NCBI RefSeq assembly: GCF_009914755.1
Contig: NC_060943.1
Reading direction: 5' to 3' (one strand)
Source: the human T2T-CHM13v2.0 reference genome, Homo sapiens
Length of the DNA: 64,000 bases
Shown here: one piece after another, positions 55,401 through 64,000 of the stretch
Numbering within the stretch: the stretch's first letter is position 1
Layout: each line of letters starts with the position of its first letter
The notes under the pieces: model-generated
Databases searched by the model: none
Told to the model about the DNA's origin: nothing
Seen by the model: only the letters and a program-made list of their open reading frames with translations
Program-made: the position numbers and the translations under genes

Positions 55401-58400
55401 TTGTCAGAGCAGTTTTGAAACACTGTTTCTGTGGAATCTGCCAGCGGACACTTGGAGCGCTTTGAGGGCTATGGTGGAGAAGGAAATATCTTCCCATAAA
55501 AACTAGAAAGAAGCATTCTCAGAAACATTTATGTGAAGCGTGCATTCAACTCACAGAGTTGAACCTTCCTTTTGATAGAAGAGTTTTGAAACACTCTTTT
55601 GAACAATTGCAGGTGAATCTTTGGAGCGCTTTGAAGCCTTTGTTGGAAATGGGAATATCTTCACACACAAACTAGCCAGAAGCATTCTCAGAAAGTTCTT
55701 TGTGATGTGTGCGTTGAACCCAGAGAGATGAACCTTTCCTTGGATAGAGCAGTTTTGAAACGTGTTTTTGTAAGATCTGCAAGTGGATAATTGGCTTCGC
55801 TTTGTGTCCTTTGGTGGAAACGGGAATATCTTCTAATAAAAACTAGACAGAAATATTCTCAGAATCTCCTTTGTGATGTGGGCATTCAACTAACACAGTT
55901 GAACATTTCTTTTCACAGAGCAGTTTTGAAACACTCTTTTGGTCGAATCTGCCAGTGGATATTTGGAGCGCTTTGAGGGCTGTTGTGCCAATGGAAATAT
56001 CTGCCCCTAAAATCTAGACAGAAGCATTCTCAGAAACTACTTCGTGATGTTTGCATTCAACTCACAGAGTTGAACATACCTCTTCACAGAGCAGTTTTGA
56101 AAACCTCTTTTTGTAGAATCTGCAAGTGGATATTCGGAGCACTTTGAGGCCTTCATAGGAAACAGTAATATCTTCGCATAAAAACTAGATAGAAGCATTG
56201 TCAGGAAGTTCTTTGTGATGTGTGAATTCAACTCACAGAGTTGAACCTTCCTTTAATAGAGCAGTTTTGAAACACTCTTTTTCTAGAATCTGCAAGTAGA
56301 TATTTGGAGCGCTTGGAGGCCTTCTTTGGAAACCATAATATCTTCACAGGAAATGTAGATAGAGGCATTCTCAGAAACTTTTTTGTGATATGTAGATTCA
56401 ACTCACAGCGTTGAACCTTTCTTTGGATGGAGCAGTTTTGAAAAACTCTTTTATCGAATCTGCAGGTAGACATTTGGGGTGCTTTGAGGGCTGTGGTGCA
56501 AAAGGAAATGTCTTCCCATAGAAACTAGACTGAAGCATTCTCAGCAACTTCTTTGTGACGTTTGCATTCATCTCACAGTGTTGAACATACCTTTCCATAG
56601 AGTAGTTTTGAAACACTGTTTTTGTAGAATCGGCCAGTGGATATTTGGACTGCTTTGAGGCCTTCATCGGGAACGGGAATATCTTCACATAAACACTAGA
56701 GAGAAGCATTCTCAGAAACTTCTTTGTGATCTGTCCATTCAACTCACAGAGTTGAACCTTCCTTTTTATGGAGCAGTTTTGAATCACTGTTTTTGGAGAA
56801 TCTGCAAGTGGATATTTGGAGCGCTTTGAGGCCTATGGTAGAAAAAGAAATATCTGCCTCTAAAAACCAGACAGAAGCATTCCGAGAAACTTCTCTGTGA
56901 TGTTTGCATTCAACTAGCAGAGTTGAACCTTCCTTTTGATAGGGCAGTTTGGAAACACTCTTTTTGTAGAATCTGCATGTGGATATCTGGAGCGGTTTGA
57001 GGCCTACGGTCAAAAAGGAAATATCTTCCTGGGAAAAATAGACGAAAGCATTCTCAGAAACTGCTTTGTGATATGTGCATTCGACTCACCGAGTTGAAAC
57101 TTTTTTTTGATACAGCAGTTTTGAAACACTCTGTAGAATCTGAAAGTGGATATTTGGAGCTCTTTGAGGGCTATGGCGGAAAAGAAAATATATTCACATT
57201 AAAGTAGACAGCAGCATTCTCAGAAACTTCTTTAGGATGTTTGCAGTAAACTCACAGAGTTGAACATACCTTTCCGTAGAGCAGTTTTGAAACACTCTGT
57301 TTGTGGGATCCGCAAGGGGATATTTGGACCGCTTTGAGACCTTTGCTGGAAATGGGAATATCTTCACATATAAACTAGACAGAAGCATTCTCAGAAACTT
57401 CTTCGTGATGTGTGCATTCTACTCCCAAATTTGAATCTTCCTTTTCATGAAGCAGTTTTGAAACACTCTGTTTGTGCAATCCACAATTGGATAATTGGAA
57501 CGCTTTGATGCCCATGGTAGAAAAGGAAATATCCTCATATAAAAACTAGACAGAAGAATTCACAGAAAATGCTTTGTGATGTGTGCATTCAAATCACGGA
57601 GTTGAATCTTTCTTTTGTCAGAGCAGTTTTGAAACACTGTTTCTGTGGAATCTGCCAGCGGACACTTGCAGCGCTTTGAGGGCTATGGTGGAGAAGGAAA
57701 TATCTTCCCATAAGAACTAGAAAGAAGCATTCTCAGAAACATTTATGTGAAGCGTGCATTCAACTCACAGAGTTGAACCTTCCTTTTGATAGAACAGTTT
57801 TGAAACACTCTTTTGAACAATTGCAGGTGAATCTTTGAGCGCTTTGAAGCCTTTGTTGGAAATGGGAATATCTTCACACACAAACTAGCCAGAAGCATTC
57901 TCAGAAACTTCTTTGTGATGTGTGCGTTGAACCCAGAGAGATGAACCTTTCCTTGGATAGAGCAGTTTTGAAACGTGTTTTTGTAAGATCTGCAAGCGGA
58001 TAATTGGCTTCGCTTTGTGTCCTTTGGTGGAAACGGGAATATCTTGTAATAAAAACTAGACAGAAATATTCTCAGAATCTCCTTTGTGATGTGGGCATTC
58101 AACTAACACAGTTGAACATTTCTTTTCACAGAGCAGTTTTGAAACACTCTTTTGGTAGAATCTGCCAGTGGATATTTGGAGCGCTTTGAGGGCTGTTGTG
58201 CCAATGGAAATATCTGCCCCTAAAATCTAGACAGAAGCATTCTCAGAAACTACTTCGTGATGTTTGCATTCAACTCACAGAGTTGAACATACCTCTTCAC
58301 AGAGCAGTTTTGAAAACCTCTTTTTGTAGAATCTGCAAGTGGATATTCGGAGCACTTTGAGGCCTTCATAGGAAACAGTAATATCTTCGCATAAAAACTA

Positions 58401-61400
58401 GATAGAAGCATTGTCAGAAAGTTCTTTGTGATGTGTGAATTCAACTCACAGAGTTGAACCTTCCTTTAATAGAGCAGTTGTGAAACACTCTTTTTCTAGA
58501 ATCTGCAAGTAGATATTTGGAGCGCTTGGAGGCCTTCGTTGGAAACCATAATATCTTCACAGGAAATGTAGATAGAGGCATTCTCAGAAACTTTTTTGTG
58601 ATATGTAGATTCAACTCACAGCGTTGAACCTTTCTTTGGATGGAGCAGTTTTGAAAAACTCTTTTATCGAATCTGCAGGTAGACATTTGGGGTGCTTTGA
58701 GGGCTGTGGTGCAAAAGGAAATGTCTTCCCATAGAAACTAGACTGAAGCATTCTCAGCAACTTCTTGGTGACGTTTGCATTCATCTCACAGTGTTGAACA
58801 TACCTTTCCATAGAGTAGTTTTGAAACACTGTTTTTGTAGAATCGGCCAGTGGATATTTGGACTGCTTTGAGGCCTTCATCGGGAACGGGAATATCTTCA
58901 CATAAACACTAGAGAGAAGCATTCTCAGAAACTTCTTTGTGATCTGTCCATTCAACTCACAGAGTTGAACCTTCCTTTTTATGGAGCAGTTTTGAATCAC
59001 TGTTTTTGGAGAATCTGCAAGTGGATATTTCGAGCGCTTTGAGGCCTATGGTAGAAAAAGAAATATCTGCCTCTAAAAACCAGACAGAAGCATTCCGAGA
59101 AACTTCTCTGTGATGTTTGCATTCAACTAGCAGAGTTGAACCTTCCTTTTGATAGGGCAGTTTGGAAACACTCTTTTTGTAGAATCTGCATGTGGATATC
59201 TGGAGCGGTTTGAGGCCTACGGTCAAAAAGGAAATATCTTCCTGGGAAAAATAGACGAAAGCATTCTCAGAAACTGCTTTGTGATATGTGCATTCGACTC
59301 ACCGAGTTGAAACTTTTTTTTGATACAGCAGTTTTGAAACACTCTGTAGAATCTGAAAGTGGATATTTGGAGCTCTTTGAGGGCTATGGCGGAAAAGAAA
59401 ATATATTCACATTAAAGTAGACAGCAGCATTCTCAGAAACTTCTTTAGGATGTTTGCAGTAAACTCACAGAGTTGAACATACCTTTCCGTAGAGCAGTTT
59501 TGAAACACTCTGTTTGTGGGATCCGCAAGGGGATATTTGGACCGCTTTGAGACCTTTGCTGGAAATGGGAATATCTTCACATATAAACTAGACAGAAGCA
59601 TTCTCAGAAACTTCTTCGTGATGTGTGCATTCTACTCCCAAATTTGAATCTTCCTTTTCATGAAGCAGTTTTGAAACACTCTGTTTGTGCAATCCACAAT
59701 TGGATAATTGGAACGCTTTGATGCCCATGGTAGAAAAGGAAATATCCTCATATAAAAACTAGACAGAAGAATTCACAGAAAATGCTTTGTGATGTGTGCA
59801 TTCAAATCACGGAGTTGAATCTTTCTTTTGTCAGAGCAGTTTTGAAACACTGTTTCTGTGGAATCTGCCAGCGGACACTTGCAGCGCTTTGAGGGCTATG
59901 GTGGAGAAGGAAATATCTTCCCATAAGAACTAGAAAGAAGCATTCTCAGAAACATTTATGTGAAGCGTGCATTCAACTCACAGAGTTGAACCTTCCTTTT
60001 GATAGAACAGTTTTGAAACACTCTTTTGAACAATTGCAGGTGAATCTTTGAGCGCTTTGAAGCCTTTGTTGGAAATGGGAATATCTTCACACACAAACTA
60101 GCCAGAAGCATTCTCAGAAACTTCTTTGTGATGTGTGCGTTGAACCCAGAGAGATGAACCTTTCCTTGGATAGAGCAGTTTTGAAACGTGTTTTTGTAAG
60201 ATCTGCAAGCGGATAATTGGCTTCGCTTTGTGTCCTTTGGTGGAAACGGGAATATCTTGTAATAAAAACTAGACAGAAATATTCTCAGAATCTCCTTTGT
60301 GATGTGGGCATTCAACTAACACAGTTGAACATTTCTTTTCACAGAGCAGTTTTGAAACACTCTTTTGGTAGAATCTGCCAGTGGATATTTGGAGCGCTTT
60401 GAGGGCTGTTGTGCCAATGGAAATATCTGCCCCTAAAATCTAGACAGAAGCATTCTCAGAAACTACTTCGTGATGTTTGCATTCAACTCACAGAGTTGAA
60501 CATACCTCTTCACAGAGCAGTTTTGAAAACCTCTTTTTGTAGAATCTGCAAGTGGATATTCGGAGCACTTTGAGGCCTTCATAGGAAACAGTAATATCTT
60601 CGCATAAAAACTAGATAGAAGCATTGTCAGAAAGTTCTTTGTGATGTGTGAATTCAACTCACAGAGTTGAACCTTCCTTTAATAGAGCAGTTGTGAAACA
60701 CTCTTTTTCTAGAATCTGCAAGTAGATATTTGGAGCGCTTGGAGGCCTTCGTTGGAAACCGGAATATCTTCACAGGAAATGTAGATAGAGGCATTCTCAG
60801 AAACTTTTTTGTGATATGTAGATTCAACTCACAGCGTTGAACCTTTCTTTGGATGGAGCAGTTTTGAAAAACTCTTTTATCGAATCTGCAGGTAGACATT
60901 TGGGGTGCTTTGAGGGCTGTGGTGCAAAAGGAAATGTCTTCCCATAGAAACTAGACTGAAGCATTCTCAGCAACTTCTTGGTGACGTTTGCATTCATCTC
61001 ACAGTGTTGAACATACCTTTCCATAGAGTAGTTTTGAAACACTGTTTTTGTAGAATCGGCAAGTGGATATTTGGACTGCTTTGAGGCCTTCATCGGAAAC
61101 GGGAATATCTTCACATAAACACTAGAGAGAAGCATTCTCAGAAACTTCTTTGTGATCTGTCCATTCAACTCACAGAGTTGAACCTTCCTTTTTATGGAGC
61201 AGTTTTGAATCACTGTTTTTGGAGAATCTGCAAGTGGATATTTCGAGCGCTTTGAGGCCTATGGTAGAAAAAGAAATATCTGCCTCTAAAAACCAGACAG
61301 AAGCATTCCGAGAAACTTCTCTGTGATGTTTGCATTGAACTAGCAGAGTTGAACCTTCCTTTTGATAGGGCAGTTTGGAAACACTCTTTTTGTAGAATCT

Positions 61401-64000
61401 GCATGTGGATATCTGGAGCGGTTTGAGGCCTACGGTCAAAAAGGAAATATCTTCCTGGGAAAAATAGACGAAAGCATTCTCAGAAACTGCTTTGTGATAT
61501 GTGCATTCGACTCACCGAGTTGAAACTTTTTTTTGATAGAGCAGTTTTGAAACACTCTGTAGAATCTGAAAGTGGATATTTGGAGCTCTTTGAGGGCTAT
61601 GGCGGCAAAGAAACTATATTCACATTAAAGTAGACAGCAGCATTCTCAGAAACTTCTTTAGGATGTTTGCAGTAAACTCACAGAGTTGAACATACCTTTC
61701 CATAGAGCAGTTTTGAAACACTCTGTTTGTGGGATCCGCAAGGGGATATTTGGACCGCTTTGAGACCTTTGCTGGAAATGGGAATATCTTCACATATAAA
61801 CTAGACAGAAGCATTCTCAGAAACTTCTTCATGATGTGTGCATTCTACTCCCGAATTTGAATCTTCCTTTTCATGAAGCAGTTTTGAAACACTCTGTTTG
61901 TGCAATCCACAATTGGATAATTGGAACGCTTTGATGCCCATGGTAGAAAAGGAAATATCCTCATATAAAAACTAGACAGAAGGATTCACAGAAAATGCTT
62001 TGTGATGTGTGCATTCAAATCACGGAGTTGAATCTTTCTTTTGTCAGAGCAGTTTTGAAACACTGTTTCTGTGGAATCTGCCAGCGGACACTTGGAGCGC
62101 TTTGAGGGCTATGGTGGAGAAGGAAATATCTTCCCATAAAAACTAGAAAGAAGCATTCTCAGAAACATTTATGTGAAGCGTGCATTCAGCTCACAGAGTT
62201 GAACCTTCCTTTTGATAGAACAGTTTTGAAACACTCTTTTGAACAATTGCAGGTGAATCTTTGAGCGCTTTGAAGCCTTTGTTGGAAATGGGAATATCTT
62301 CACACACAAACTAGCCAGAAGCATTCTCAGAAAGTTCTTTGTGATGTGTGCGTTGAACCCAGAGAGATGAACCTTTCCTTGGATAGAGCAGTTTTGAAAC
62401 GTGTTTTTGTAAGATCTGCAAGCGGATAATTGGCTTCGCTTTGTGTCCTTTGGTGGAAACGGGAATATCTTCTAATAAAAACTAGACAGAAATATTCTCA
62501 CAATCTCCTTTGTGATGTGGGCATTCAACTAACACAGTTGAACATTTCTTTTCACAGAGCAGTTTTGAAACACTCTTTTGGTAGAATCTGCCAGTGGATA
62601 TTTGGAGCGCTTTGAGGGCTGTTGTGCCAATGGAAATATCTGCCCCTAAAATCTAGACAGAAGCATTCTCAGAAACTACTTCGTGATGTTTGCATTCAAC
62701 TCACAGAGTTGAACATACCTCTTCACAGAGCAGTTTTGAAAACCTCCTTTTGTAGAATCTGCAAGTGGATATTCGGAGCACTTTGAGGCCTTCATAGGAA
62801 ACAGTAATATCTTCGCATAAAAACTAGATAGAAGCATTGTCAGAAAGTTCTTTGTGATGTGTGAATTCAACTCACAGAGTTGAACCTTCCTTTAATAGAG
62901 CAGTTTTGAAACACTCTTTTTCTAGAATCTGCAAGTAGATATTTGGAGCGCTTGGAGGCCTTCGTTGGAAACCGGAATATCTTCACAGGAAATGTAGATA
63001 GAGGCATTCTCAGAAACTTTTTTGTGATATGTAGATTCAACTCACAGCGTTGAACCTTTCTTTGGATGGAGCAGTTTTGAAAAACTCTTTTATCGAATCT
63101 GCAGGTAGACATTTGGGGTGCTTTGAGGGCTGTGGTGCAAAAGGAAATGTCTTCCCATAGAAACTAGACTGAAGCATTCTCAGCAACTTCTTTGTGACGT
63201 TTGCATTCATCTCACAGTGTTGAACATACCTTTCCATAGAGTAGTTTTGAAACACTGTTTTTGTAGAATCGGCAAGTGGATATTTGGACTGCTTTGAGGC
63301 CTTCATCGGAAACGGGAATATCTTCACATAAACACTAGAGAGAAGCATTCTCAGAAACTTCTTTGTGATCTGTCCATTCAACTCACAGAGTTGAACCTTC
63401 CTTTTTATGGAGCAGTTTTGAATCACTGTTTTTGGGGAATCTGCAAGTGGATATTTCGAGCGCTTTGAGGCCTATGGTAGAAAAAGAAATATCTGCCTCT
63501 AAAAACCAGACAGAAGCATTCCGAGAAACTTCTCTGTGATGTTTGCATTCAACTAGCAGAGTTGAACCTTCCTCTTGATAGGGCAGTTTGGAAACACTCT
63601 TTTTGTAGAATCTGCATGTGGATATCTGGAGCGGTTTGAGGCCTACGGTCAAAAAGGAAATATCTTCCTGGGAAAAATAGACGAAAGCATTCTCAGAAAC
63701 TGCTTTGTGATATGTGCATTCGACTCACCGAGTTGAAACTTTTTTTTGATAGAGCAGTTTTGAAACACTCTGTAGAATCTGAAAGTGGATATTTGGAGCT
63801 CTTTGAGGGCTATGGCGGAAAAGAAAATATATTCACATTAAAGTAGACAGCAGCATTCTCAGAAACTTCTTTAGGATGTTTGCAGTAAACTCACAGAGTT
63901 GAACATACCTTTCCGTAGAGCAGTTTTGAAACACTCTGTTTGTGGGATCCGCAAGGGGATATTTGGACCGCTTTGAGACCTTTGCTGGAAATGGGAATAT

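Larger units (their letters stand above)
1..64000 (+). repeat. Alpha-satellite higher-order repeat array, 13-mer of 2214 bp, about 28.9 tandem copies in one orientation
   Basis: Alphoid consensus motifs (cattctcagaaacttctttgtgatg, ttcaactcacagagttgaac, gagcagttttgaaacactc, gtggatatttggagcgctttgagg) recur every ~171 bp. Unique strings such as cacagaaaatgctttg recur at 1, 2215, 4429, 6643 and onward, and the ORF track repeats every 2214/2213 bp (445, 2659, 4873...). Confidence 0.99.
1..64000. other. Family assignment: SF5 (R1/R2) HOR, likely the chr5/chr19 13-mer (D5Z1/D19Z1, pG-A16 type), a pericentromeric and probably kinetochore-inactive array
   Basis: Irregular order of 7 A-type and 6 B-type monomers, 2214-bp 13-mer, one EcoRI site per unit (gaattc 878-883) and no intact CENP-B box. 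The chromosome assignment is recalled from the literature and was not verified by a search. Confidence 0.75.

Noticed and set aside
57743-60315. New 119-aa ORFs in HOR27 and HOR28
   Set aside because: Created by a 1-bp deletion plus an SNV joining satellite reading frames; no evidence of coding function.
445-63652. Recurrent 60-129 aa ORFs on both strands (e.g. MIQNCSIKRKVQLCELN..., MASLCVLWWKRE...)
   Set aside because: They are translations of alphoid monomers with ~57-aa periodicity, recur with the HOR period, overlap in several frames, appear and disappear with single SNVs or frameshifts, and show no recognisable domain. Not CDS.
1-64000. CRISPR-like pattern of conserved motifs (e.g. gagcagttttgaaac) separated by variable sequence
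   Set aside because: The apparent spacers are homologous to each other and repeat every 13 units, the period is ~171 bp, and there are no cas genes. This is satellite DNA.
1-64000. L1/Alu insertion, inversion or hidden non-satellite island
   Set aside because: HOR spacing is 2214 or 2213 bp throughout with constant orientation, leaving no room for an insertion; no poly-A tail or target-site duplication was seen.

Overview
The whole 64 kb window is primate (very probably human) centromeric alpha-satellite DNA. It is one uninterrupted head-to-tail array of about 28.9 copies of a 2214-bp higher-order repeat (HOR) built from 13 diverged ~171-bp monomers; copies carrying a 1-bp deletion are 2213 bp. 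HOR copies differ by only a handful of SNVs each. A-type (pJalpha-site) and B-type (CENP-B-site) monomers alternate irregularly (ABBABBABAAABA), which is the suprachromosomal family 5 (R1/R2) pattern, and I found no intact CENP-B box in any copy. From recall of the literature, not a search, a 2214-bp SF5 13-mer matches the chr5/chr19 pericentromeric array (D5Z1/D19Z1, pG-A16 type). The ORFs in the track recur with the HOR period and are satellite artefacts. I saw no genes, RNA genes, transposon insertions, inversions or CRISPR arrays, and I cannot support a novel gene system here. The interesting signal is the array's history recorded in SNVs: a very recent 8854-bp (4-HOR) tandem duplication with a mappable junction, smaller nested duplications, a 2-HOR alternation, three haplotype domains, conversion-like mosaics and CpG decay of the CENP-B boxes. 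HOR copies are numbered 1-29 with starts at 1, 2215, 4429, 6643, 8857, 11071, 13285, 15499, 17713, 19927, 22141, 24355, 26569, 28783, 30997, 33210, 35423, 37637, 39851, 42064, 44277, 46491, 48705, 50919, 53133, 55347, 57561, 59774 and 61987. All comparisons were made by eye.
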